DNA of 33,266 bases from an uncultured Lachnospiraceae bacterium. Its GTDB lineage: Bacteria; Bacillota; Clostridia; Lachnospirales; Lachnospiraceae. Location: positions 1-33,266 of the forward strand of contig CACZOG010000090.1 in NCBI GenBank assembly GCA_902782715.1, written 5' to 3'. The notes under the pieces were generated by a model. It was not told the origin of the DNA and did no database searches. It worked only from the letters and a program-made list of their open reading frames with translations. Shown here one piece after another: positions 17,687 through 26,313 of this stretch (position 1 is the stretch's first letter; the number at the start of each line of letters is the position of its first letter). The translations under genes were made by a program, and so were the position numbers.

Positions 17687-19066
17687 ATGACACAGGAAGA
17701 GAAATTTAAAAAAATGACGACGGAACCTGTGCAGTCGCTTGTCGGAAAACTTGCGGTGCCGACTATCTTGAGCATGCTGGTCACGTCGTTTTACAATATG
17801 GTGGATACGTATTTCGTAGGCAAGATTAACACCTCCGCATCAGGTGCGGTAGGTGTTGTATTTTCGCTTATGGCGATCATACAGGCCTTCGGATTCATGT
17901 TCGGACACGGTTCTGGCAATTTCCTTGCAAGAAAACTCGGAGAGCAGAAAGAAGACGAAGCGGAAGTGATCGCCAATGCGGGATTCTTTTTCGCATTCTC
18001 CTTCGGCGTGATCTTTGCTGTCGTGGGACTTTTAAATCTTGACAGGCTTGCATATCTTTTAGGTTCGACCGACACGATCCTTCCGTATGCACGTTCATAC
18101 ATGGGACCGATCCTTATCGGCACGCCGTGGATGATGTCTTCGATAGTCTTAAACAACGAGATAAGATACCAGGGAAACGCCAAGACGGCGATGTTCGGGA
18201 TCATGGCGGGTGCGGTAATAAACATCGGACTCGATCCGCTTTTGATGTTCGTCTTTAAACTCGGTATCATGGGCGCGGCACTGGCAACGATAAGCGGTCA
18301 GCTGGTGAGTTTCTTCCTGCTTCTTTTGGCAACAAGAAGAGCCGGAAATATAAGGATCACTTTAAAAAGAAATCCTTTTGCTTTTAAATATCTCTGGGAG
18401 ATCGTTTCGGGCGGACTTCCTTCTTTATTCAGACAGGGTTTAGCGAGCATCTCCACGATAATGCTCAATACGGTTTCCAAAAATGTTGCGGGACCGGAGA
18501 TCGCGGATGCGGTCATAGCGGGCATGGCGATCGTAGGTAAGATAAGCATGTCGCTTAATTCCACGGTCATCGGATTCGGACAGGGCTTTCAGCCCGTGTG
18601 CAGCTTTAATTACGGTGCATCGAAATATAAGCGCGTAAAAGATGCTTTCTTATATTCCGTAAAAGTCTGTGCGGCGCTTATGTTTGCGGTAACGATCCTC
18701 TGCTTTGCTTTCGCACCTTACATTGTCGCACTTTTCAGAAAAGGCGATCCGATGGTAATAGAAGTCGGTTCGTTTGCACTTCGTGCACAGTGCATAACAT
18801 ACGTGTTCGGAGTGTGGATCATTTTAACGAACATGCTCCTTCAGGCTTCGGGCAGGGCATTCGGAGCAACGCTCATTTCATCCTGCCGTTCGGGACTCTG
18901 CTTTATTCCCGTGATCCTTATCCTTCCGCAGTTTTTCGGACTTACGGGTGTGCAGATATCACAGGCGGTTGCGGATATGATAGCTTTCTGCGTATCGCTT
19001 TTCGGGGGACTTTTCTTCTTAAAGAAGCTGGATGCGATGGAAAGAGAGAATGCAGCAGGCGAATAA
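17687..19066 (+). CDS. MATE family efflux transporter
   Basis: LAVPTILSMLVTSFYNMVDTYFVG, NIGLDPLLMF, GAALATI, QPVCSFNYGA. Confidence 0.93.
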   Translation: MTQEEKFKKMTTEPVQSLVGKLAVPTILSMLVTSFYNMVDTYFVGKINTSASGAVGVVFSLMAIIQAFGFMFGHGSGNFLARKLGEQKEDEAEVIANAGFFFAFSFGVIFAVVGLLNLDRLAYLLGSTDTILPYARSYMGPILIGTPWMMSSIVLNNEIRYQGNAKTAMFGIMAGAVINIGLDPLLMFVFKLGIMGAALATISGQLVSFFLLLLATRRAGNIRITLKRNPFAFKYLWEIVSGGLPSLFRQGLASISTIMLNTVSKNVAGPEIADAVIAGMAIVGKISMSLNSTVIGFGQGFQPVCSFNYGASKYKRVKDAFLYSVKVCAALMFAVTILCFAFAPYIVALFRKGDPMVIEVGSFALRAQCITYVFGVWIILTNMLLQASGRAFGATLISSCRSGLCFIPVILILPQFFGLTGVQISQAVADMIAFCVSLFGGLFFLKKLDAMERENAAGE

Positions 19067-19094
19067 AACCTTAGTGTTATATTTATTTTAAATA

Positions 19095-19103
19095 TGGTAT
19101 AAT
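19095..19103 (+). promoter_or_regulatory. Extended -10 promoter TGGTATAAT
   Basis: Perfect motif 35 nt upstream of the flavodiiron gene, with an AT-rich upstream element. Confidence 0.6.
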
Positions 19104-19137
19104 AAGCACAATCTTTTGACCTAAGGAGGGGGATAAC

Positions 19138-20934
19138 ATGACAGTTACAAATGATATTAAATACGTGGGCGTTAACGACCATAAGATAGACCTTTTTGAA
19201 GGGCAGTATGATGTGCCCAACGGAATGGCATACAACTCATATCTGATCGTTGATGACAAGATCGCGATCATGGATACGGTTGATAAAAATTTCACGCATG
19301 AGTGGCTCGACAATGTGGAAAAGGCCCTTGCGGGAAGAAAACCCGATTACCTTGTTGTTCAGCATATGGAGCCGGATCATTCCGCAAATATAGTTAATTT
19401 CATGAACGCGTATCCGAATGCGACGATCGTTTCTTCATCAAAGGCATTTACGATGATGATGAATTTCTTCGGCAAAGATTTCGAAGACAGAAGAGTCGTT
19501 GTGGGCGAGGGAGATACCCTTTCACTCGGAAAGCATACTCTTAACTTCGTTACCGCACCCATGGTTCACTGGCCCGAAGTACTCATGACTTACGATTCAT
19601 GCGACAAAGTTCTTTTCTCGGCAGACGGCTTCGGTAAATTCGGTGCTCTCGATGTTGAAGAAGACTGGGCATGCGAGGCAAGACGCTACTACTTTGGGAT
19701 CGTAGGCAAATACGGCGCACAGGTTCAGGCTGTTCTTAAAAAAGCAGCTGGTCTTGATATACAAATCATATGTCCTCTTCACGGACCCGTTTTAAGCGAG
19801 AATCTGGGTTATTATCTTAACCTTTACAATATATGGTCATCATACGGTGTTGAAACAGACGGTATTTTCGTGGCATATACTTCCGTTTACGGTCATACGA
19901 AAAAAGCCGTTGAACTCCTTGTTGACAAGTTAAAAGCAAACGGATGTCCCAAAGTGGCCGTTGCGGATCTTGCAAGAGAAGATATGGCTGAGGCTGTTGA
20001 AGATGCATTCAGATACGGAAAGATCGTCCTTGCAACAACCACATACAATGCCGAGATATTCCCTTTCATGAGAGAGTTCATTAATCACCTTACCGAAAGA
20101 GGATTTAAGAACAAGACCATCGGACTTATCGAGAACGGTTCCTGGGCACCTCTTGCAGCAAAGACCATGAAGGGCATGCTCGAAGGATGCAAGAATTTAA
20201 CATTTACGGATACAACAGTTAAGATCCTTTCCGCTTTAAATGATGAGAGCAAGGCACAGATCGAAGCCATGGCAGACGAACTCTGCATGGATTACAAGGC
20301 ACAGAAATCCGAAACCGCAAACAAGAACGATCTGACGGCACTCTTTAAGATCGGATACGGACTTTATGTTGTTACTTCAAATGACGGAAAGAAAGACAAC
20401 GGTCTTATCGTCAATACGATCTCACAGGTTACAAGTTCGCCCAACCGTGTTGCGGTCTGCATCAACAAAGAAAACTATTCTCATCACGTGATCAAGCAGA
20501 CAGGCATCATGAATGTCAACTGTCTTTCGGTTGAGGCACCCTTCTCGGTATTCGAATCCTTCGGATTCCGTTCGGGAAGAAACGTTGACAAATTCGAGAA
20601 CGAAAAAGATTCGCTTCTTCGTTCCGACAACGGTCTCGTATTCCTTTCGAAATACATTAACGCATTCATGTCATTAAAGGTTGAGCAGTATGTAGATCTG
20701 GACACTCACGGAATGTTCATCTGTACGGTAACCGAAGCGAGAGTTCTTTCCGATAAGGAAACAATGACTTACACATACTATCAGGCAAACGTTAAACCCA
20801 AGCCCGAAACAGAAGGCAAGAAGGGTTATGTATGCAAGGTCTGCGGATATGTTTACGAAGGCGACGAACTTCCCGATGATTTCGTATGTCCTTTATGCAA
20901 ACACGGCGCAGCGGATTTTGAACCGATAGGATAA
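19138..20934 (+). CDS. fprA: Flavodiiron protein fused to flavin reductase and rubredoxin domains
   Basis: HMEPDH, HWPE, SADGFG, HGP diiron ligands; flavodoxin YTSVYGHT; flavin reductase IGYGLYVVTS...THGMFI; rubredoxin CKVCGY...CPLC. Confidence 0.93.
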   Translation: MTVTNDIKYVGVNDHKIDLFEGQYDVPNGMAYNSYLIVDDKIAIMDTVDKNFTHEWLDNVEKALAGRKPDYLVVQHMEPDHSANIVNFMNAYPNATIVSSSKAFTMMMNFFGKDFEDRRVVVGEGDTLSLGKHTLNFVTAPMVHWPEVLMTYDSCDKVLFSADGFGKFGALDVEEDWACEARRYYFGIVGKYGAQVQAVLKKAAGLDIQIICPLHGPVLSENLGYYLNLYNIWSSYGVETDGIFVAYTSVYGHTKKAVELLVDKLKANGCPKVAVADLAREDMAEAVEDAFRYGKIVLATTTYNAEIFPFMREFINHLTERGFKNKTIGLIENGSWAPLAAKTMKGMLEGCKNLTFTDTTVKILSALNDESKAQIEAMADELCMDYKAQKSETANKNDLTALFKIGYGLYVVTSNDGKKDNGLIVNTISQVTSSPNRVAVCINKENYSHHVIKQTGIMNVNCLSVEAPFSVFESFGFRSGRNVDKFENEKDSLLRSDNGLVFLSKYINAFMSLKVEQYVDLDTHGMFICTVTEARVLSDKETMTYTYYQANVKPKPETEGKKGYVCKVCGYVYEGDELPDDFVCPLCKHGAADFEPIG

Positions 20935-20957
20935 TATATTTTTTCATCACTGAATCG

Positions 20958-21003
20958 ATCACTCATACAGAGGGCCGCCGGCATTTTTGTATGAGTGATT
21001 TTT
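20958..21003 (+). terminator. Intrinsic terminator after fprA
   Basis: ATCACTCATACAGAG...TTTTGTATGAGTGAT followed by TTTT. Confidence 0.75.
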
Positions 21004-21018
21004 AAAATAAAAATTTTT

Positions 21019-21047
21019 TGTAACATTTTTTTCTTACGCCTGTTTAT
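21019..21047 (+). promoter_or_regulatory. Candidate ECF autoregulatory promoter
   Basis: TGTAAC-N16-TGTTTAT directly upstream of the ECF sigma gene; resembles the AAC / (C)GT ECF consensus. Confidence 0.45.
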
Positions 21048-21070
21048 ATTACAGAAGGCAAGGTAAAACA

Positions 21071-21577
21071 ATGAGTATCGATACATCCAGGGACATGGAG
21101 GAAATATACTTAAGATATTGTATCCCCCTTAAAAAGTACGCCGTTTCGATATGCCACGATCCGATCCTTGCGGATGATCTGGTGAGCGAAACATTTTACA
21201 GGGCGATAAAAAATATCGATTCTTTTAAAGAAGGCAACCTGTTCGGATGGTTATGCACGATTGAGAAGAATGTATATTTCAACCATCTTAAGAAAAAAGA
21301 GAATATGAATGTTTCGCTTGATGACGAGAACTTCCCGGAATATGCTTCTTCAAGCAATGTCGAAGACGAGGTCATAAAGGCAGCAGAGAGGGCGAGATTA
21401 AAGAAGTGCATCGAATCGCTTTCCGAAACGGAGAGAGAAGTAGTCACATTAAGAACTCAGTCGGGCCTGTCCTTTAAAGAGATCGGAGATGTAATGCATA
21501 AGAGCGAGAACTGGGCAAGAGTTACATTCTACAGGTGCAAGGAAAAATTGAAAGGAATGATGAGCGATGAAGAATGA
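21071..21577 (+). CDS. ECF RNA polymerase sigma factor
   Basis: LADDLVSETFYRA, GWLCTI, region 4 LSFKEIGDVMHKSENWARVTFYR. Confidence 0.93.
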   Translation: MSIDTSRDMEEIYLRYCIPLKKYAVSICHDPILADDLVSETFYRAIKNIDSFKEGNLFGWLCTIEKNVYFNHLKKKENMNVSLDDENFPEYASSSNVEDEVIKAAERARLKKCIESLSETEREVVTLRTQSGLSFKEIGDVMHKSENWARVTFYRCKEKLKGMMSDEE

Positions 21578-22358
21578 AATATGTTATCTTATTGAGGATT
21601 TGATTCCGTCGTATATAGATGAGGTTGTTACGGATGAAAGCAAAAACATAATGGATGAGCATTTTAAGACTTGTAAGGAATGCAGGAAAAAGCTTGAAGC
21701 CATGAGGGGCGATGTGATCCCCGAGGCCGAAGTTAAGGATGCCGATCTTTATGACAAGGAACTGCTTAAGAAAGTCAGCGACAGCGTTAAGAAAAAGACC
21801 GACCGTTCAAATTATACGGCGATCGCTGCAATAGTTCTTGCGGTTATCATCTTTGCGGTCATGTTCCTTCCTTTTATTCCGGTTTCTCCTTCAAAACTTA
21901 CTGTCGATGTTCAGGTTGATACCGAGGAAAACGGCAAATTGCAGTTTGGCGACAGAAAAGGAAACTTTGAATACTGGACGGGCATATCAGATACGGCAGT
22001 CCTTCTTTATCCCGAAGACAAACAGAAGGAATTCGACGACATGACATTCAGGGAGATCACGGCTGAAGGAGCGGGAGACATGCTTATGGCTTTATCCGAT
22101 AAGTATGATTCCTTTGAAGGAATAAACGTTGTCAGAATAAGCAGCAGATATGTGATCAAAAGATACAGAACAACAGTTGAAACCGATCAGAACGGACAGA
22201 ACGTATTCGTTGTAAAAGGCGTAAGAACATCTCTTGCGGGAATGCTTCTTTCAGGCAGGGATTCCGAAAATACGGTTACCGTTATCAATTTCGACAAGTT
22301 TGATACGGTTACCTATAAGAAAACGGGCCCGAAAGCAAAAGTCCTCTGGAAAGAATAA
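21567..22358 (+). CDS. Zinc-binding (zf-HC2/ZAS) membrane anti-sigma factor
   Basis: C...DLIPSYID...HFKTCKEC, single TM, extracellular C-terminus; overlaps the sigma gene. Confidence 0.88.
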   Translation: MKNEICYLIEDLIPSYIDEVVTDESKNIMDEHFKTCKECRKKLEAMRGDVIPEAEVKDADLYDKELLKKVSDSVKKKTDRSNYTAIAAIVLAVIIFAVMFLPFIPVSPSKLTVDVQVDTEENGKLQFGDRKGNFEYWTGISDTAVLLYPEDKQKEFDDMTFREITAEGAGDMLMALSDKYDSFEGINVVRISSRYVIKRYRTTVETDQNGQNVFVVKGVRTSLAGMLLSGRDSENTVTVINFDKFDTVTYKKTGPKAKVLWKE

Positions 22359-22391
22359 AGTTAAACTTAATTTCCGGCATTTGCGTAATCG

Positions 22392-22420
22392 TTGAGTTTC
22401 ACTTGTAAAATTGATATAAT
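22392..22420 (+). promoter_or_regulatory. sigmaA promoter
   Basis: TTGAGT-N17-TATAAT with TG extension. Confidence 0.65.
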
Positions 22421-22456
22421 ATGGTGCGAAAGCGTAATCTTTCGCACCATTTTTTT
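22421..22456 (+). terminator. Intrinsic terminator after the anti-sigma gene
   Basis: ATGGTGCGAAAG-cgtaat-CTTTCGCACCAT followed by TTTTTT. Confidence 0.85.
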
Positions 22457-22468
22457 ATCGGAGCCAAA

Positions 22469-23743
22469 ATGAAAAAGACCGTTCTCAAAAATGCGATAAT
22501 TCTTGTCTTAATGCCTGTACTGGGCCTTTTTCTTATGTTCCTGGTACACCTTCTTCCCGTTGAAGGAATGAAGGAGAATGTTTATTCATCCATGGATTCC
22601 CTGACCAAAGAGTTTACCGATGAGCTTGCGATAGACGGATACAACGCTTCTCTTATCGGAAATTTTACCGACAGTCTCATGACGGAATTTGCGGTCTACG
22701 ATTCCCCGCATTCGGTTTTTGAACAGGTAATGTTCATGTACAGGAAGGAGTCCTGTCCCGACGGCGGATGGTGGCCGGGCGTATCTCTTACCGATTATCT
22801 TTACGGGAATCCACAGCCTGTGGAAGTTGAATATTCCAGATACTGGCACGGTTATCTTGTTTTTTTAAAACCGATGTTTCTTATCTGTTCTTTAAATTCC
22901 GTACGGCTTTTTAATTCGATATTCCAGATCGTTCTTTTATCGGCAGCACTTATCGGTTTAAGTAAAAACGGTCATTCAAAAGTGGCGATCGCATTTGCGG
23001 CATCCATGCCCTTTATGTACTTCTTCAGTTCTTTTGCATCTTTGTCGTTAAGCATATGCATGTACATACTTCTTGTCGAAATGATCCTGATCGGATTCTT
23101 TAATGATAAATTCAGATCGGGATACGGCTATGTGACATTTTTTATAATAGCGGGCTCGTCGGTCGCGTTCTTTGATTTTCTCACTTATCCGTTAGTGACT
23201 CTCGCAATCCCGCTTTGCACCGTTTTATGCATTAACGAAGAAGAAAACCTAAAAAAAAGCTTCCTTAACATTCTCACGAATTCACTTTCATGGGGCATCG
23301 GATATATTTATATGTGGGCATCGAAATGGGTGCTTGCCGTGATCTTTACCGGAAACAATACGATAAAAGATGCACTGGATACGGTGTCTCTTCGTACTTC
23401 GAACGTTCCGGGAGAAGGAAGGATCAAAGGGTATCTGACCTGTCTTAAATCAAATCTTTCGCCTTTTGCAAACAGAGCATATGCATGTTTATTTATATGC
23501 ATTTTAATATATATTGCAGTTAATCTGATATCAGAGTTAAAAAAGAAGAACAGCCTCTCGGCATGCAGACTTGTGCCGGCACTTGTTATCGGAATGATTC
23601 CGTTTGTATGGTGGTTCGTGACGCTTAATCACTCAAGCGAACACTGGATGTTTACCTGCAGGATCTTTGCCGTAAGCATCTTTTCGATTGTCTGTGCGTT
23701 CAGCGCATGTACGAAAAAAAGGGAAGAAGAGAAAACCCGATAG
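22469..23743 (+). CDS. Polytopic membrane protein, possibly GT-C-like glycosyltransferase
   Basis: GGAG RBS before ATG 22469; first TM, large loop ending YSRYWHGY, then many TMs including FFDFLTYPL; function is inferred. Confidence 0.7.
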   Translation: MKKTVLKNAIILVLMPVLGLFLMFLVHLLPVEGMKENVYSSMDSLTKEFTDELAIDGYNASLIGNFTDSLMTEFAVYDSPHSVFEQVMFMYRKESCPDGGWWPGVSLTDYLYGNPQPVEVEYSRYWHGYLVFLKPMFLICSLNSVRLFNSIFQIVLLSAALIGLSKNGHSKVAIAFAASMPFMYFFSSFASLSLSICMYILLVEMILIGFFNDKFRSGYGYVTFFIIAGSSVAFFDFLTYPLVTLAIPLCTVLCINEEENLKKSFLNILTNSLSWGIGYIYMWASKWVLAVIFTGNNTIKDALDTVSLRTSNVPGEGRIKGYLTCLKSNLSPFANRAYACLFICILIYIAVNLISELKKKNSLSACRLVPALVIGMIPFVWWFVTLNHSSEHWMFTCRIFAVSIFSIVCAFSACTKKREEEKTR

Positions 23744-23746
23744 ATT

Positions 23747-24817
23747 ATGAAGAAGAGCAAAAGATTTTCAGCAAGAAACATAATACTGATCTATTCTTTT
23801 ATGGTTTTGATCGTTGTCGCAATATCAGTTGCGGTTTCGGTATATTATTCCAATTCCATTAAGAAAAGAACCGTATCCGACAAGGAAAGTTATGACAGAT
23901 ACTACGTAATGATCCCGGGAGATTCCGAAGAGGATCTGTGGCAGTCAATCTATAAAGGAGCACAGGATACCGGAAAAGAAAACGGCGTGTGCGTGGATCT
24001 TTTGGGAGAGAATCTTTCGAAGAATTACAGCGAAGCCGAACTTATGGAGATAGCGATAGCATCGGATGTGGACGGAATCATCGTTTACGCAAACGAGAGC
24101 GAGGAAATGGTCGATCTTATAAACCGAGCAACGGATAAGGGAATACCTGTTGTGACGGTAATGGGCGATAATCCCGTTTCGAAAAGATGCTGCTTCGTAG
24201 GTGTCGGAAGTTACAACATGGGAAGAGAATACGGAAAGCAGTTGGTTAAGCTTGCGAGAGAACAGGAACTTTCGCATACCACCGCTTCCACGCATATGAA
24301 CGATAAACTGGATGTTACCGTTTTAGTCGATTCGTATTCGGATAATTCCAATCAGAATCTTGTATGGTCCGGAATTCAGAATGCCGTGGAAACGGAGAAT
24401 AACACACAGACCAAGATCAATCTTTCGCTTCAGTATCTTGATAACAGAAGCCCTTTTACAGTGGAAGAAGCGATCCGAGACATGTTCCGTTCGCAGGAGC
24501 TTGCGGATGTTATCGTCTGCCTCAACGAAACCGATACAAACTGCGTTTATCAGTCCATGCTCGATTACAACAAAGCGGGTAAAGCAGCCGTTTTGGGATA
24601 TGGTGATTCCGAATCGGTTCTTCGAGGAATCAACCGAAACAATATTTATTTTACCATGGCCGTGGATTCATACGGAGTGGGGGAGGACTGCGTAAAAGCT
24701 CTTGATGAATTTATCGAATTAGGTAATACCAACCAGTACAATATGGCTGTGATCACTCCGATAGACAAGGGAAATGTTGAAGATTACATGAATGAATCGA
24801 CGGAGGTGCAGCAATGA
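23747..24817 (+). CDS. Membrane-anchored sugar-binding protein (periplasmic-binding fold I), probable sensory partner of the kinase
   Basis: N-terminal TM without lipobox; WQSIYKGA, VDGIIV, KGIPVVTV..D, FVGVGSYNMG; overlaps the kinase start. Confidence 0.85.
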   Translation: MKKSKRFSARNIILIYSFMVLIVVAISVAVSVYYSNSIKKRTVSDKESYDRYYVMIPGDSEEDLWQSIYKGAQDTGKENGVCVDLLGENLSKNYSEAELMEIAIASDVDGIIVYANESEEMVDLINRATDKGIPVVTVMGDNPVSKRCCFVGVGSYNMGREYGKQLVKLAREQELSHTTASTHMNDKLDVTVLVDSYSDNSNQNLVWSGIQNAVETENNTQTKINLSLQYLDNRSPFTVEEAIRDMFRSQELADVIVCLNETDTNCVYQSMLDYNKAGKAAVLGYGDSESVLRGINRNNIYFTMAVDSYGVGEDCVKALDEFIELGNTNQYNMAVITPIDKGNVEDYMNESTEVQQ

Positions 24818-26313
24818 GAAGTAAACTCAGATTAAAAGTTGTGCCTCTTCAGCTTAAGTTAAGTATTGTATTCATTCTGGCGAGTCTTATCATTTTCATC
24901 GTTAACGCAATGCTGGTTTTAGGGATCAATAATCTTACTCTTGATATGGATTCCGTATACCGTGACAACTTAAGACTTAACGAACTGACCATGGCGCTTG
25001 ACAATGTTCAGAACAATATGACCGAGTATCTTAATACAAAGACCACCGATTCGCTTGAGCTGTACTACAAATCCGCACAGGAATACTCTTACATGATCTC
25101 GGAACTCAACACAAACATAAGCGACGATAAATACGACATCATGGAAAGAGACATAAGAAACATGTCCGAAGATTATCTTCTGGCAACGCAGAATGCGATC
25201 GAAGCAAAGCGTGGACGTAACGTTGAAAAATACAGTGCGGAATACGACAAAGCCGGAAGACTTTACGATTATATAAATACTTATATTACCAGTCTTAATA
25301 ATGAACGATTCAAAAGCAATTCCGAGAACTTTACCCAGCTGATAAAAGAATTCAGATTTTTCGAGATCGTCAGCATGGCCGTCATGCTCGGTGCGATCAT
25401 AAGCAGTTCGGTATTCGTTATAGGTTTTACGAGCAGTATCATCGGACCTGTCAAGAAACTTGCCGTGGCAGCGGATGAAGTCGGTAAAGGTAATTTCGAG
25501 ATCGATACGCTTGAGATCACTTCAAGAGACGAAGTCGGTGTCGTTACGGGTGCTTTTAACAAGATGGTCGTCAGTATAAGACAGTACATCGAGCAGATAA
25601 AAGAAAACATGGAACATGAGAGGCAGATGCAGGAAAAAGAACTTCGTATCGAAGCCACGCTTAAGGATGCCCAGCTTAAATACCTGCAGACTCAGATCAA
25701 CCCCCATTTCCTTTTTAATACCCTTAATGCGGGCGCACAGCTTGCCATGATGGAGGAGGCGCAGAGAACTTACGATTACATTCAGAACACAGCGGAATTC
25801 TTCAGATACAATGTTCGCGAAGGAAACACCACGGTTCTTCTCGAAGACGAGATAACACTCATCGATCATTATATTTATATTTTAAACGTTCGTTTCTCGG
25901 GAGACATCCATTATGAGAAGAGCATCGAAACGGATATAAGCGGCGTATACATGCCCAGCATGATCTTACAGCCCATAGTCGAGAATTCAGTCAATCACGG
26001 CATAAAAGAAATGGAAGGAAAGGGCAGGATCTCCTTAAGGGTATATCACGACGGAGACAGAGTTGCGGTAAGCATCAAAGACAACGGAATCGGAATGACG
26101 CAGGATATCATAGACAAAGTATTAAGCGGCAAACTGACCGACGAGGAAAAACCCGCACCTGCGGGCGCACACGGAATCGGAATGGATAACGTTATCAAGA
26201 GACTTAAACTTTTTACCGACAGAGAGGACAGCGTTATGATAAAGAGTGCCGGAGAGAATGAAGGCACCGAAGTTATTATCAGGCTCAACATCGGAGGTGA
26301 AGCGGATGTATAA
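24814..26313 (+). CDS. LytS/YesM-type sensor histidine kinase
   Basis: 2 TM plus HAMP (RDEVGVVTGAFNKM), H-box QINPHFLFNTLN, LQPIVENSVNHG, DNGIGM, GIGMDNV. Confidence 0.95.
   Translation: MRSKLRLKVVPLQLKLSIVFILASLIIFIVNAMLVLGINNLTLDMDSVYRDNLRLNELTMALDNVQNNMTEYLNTKTTDSLELYYKSAQEYSYMISELNTNISDDKYDIMERDIRNMSEDYLLATQNAIEAKRGRNVEKYSAEYDKAGRLYDYINTYITSLNNERFKSNSENFTQLIKEFRFFEIVSMAVMLGAIISSSVFVIGFTSSIIGPVKKLAVAADEVGKGNFEIDTLEITSRDEVGVVTGAFNKMVVSIRQYIEQIKENMEHERQMQEKELRIEATLKDAQLKYLQTQINPHFLFNTLNAGAQLAMMEEAQRTYDYIQNTAEFFRYNVREGNTTVLLEDEITLIDHYIYILNVRFSGDIHYEKSIETDISGVYMPSMILQPIVENSVNHGIKEMEGKGRISLRVYHDGDRVAVSIKDNGIGMTQDIIDKVLSGKLTDEEKPAPAGAHGIGMDNVIKRLKLFTDREDSVMIKSAGENEGTEVIIRLNIGGEADV

Noticed and set aside
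19067-19100. Rex or PerR box upstream of fprA
   Set aside because: AT-rich, but no convincing palindrome could be read.
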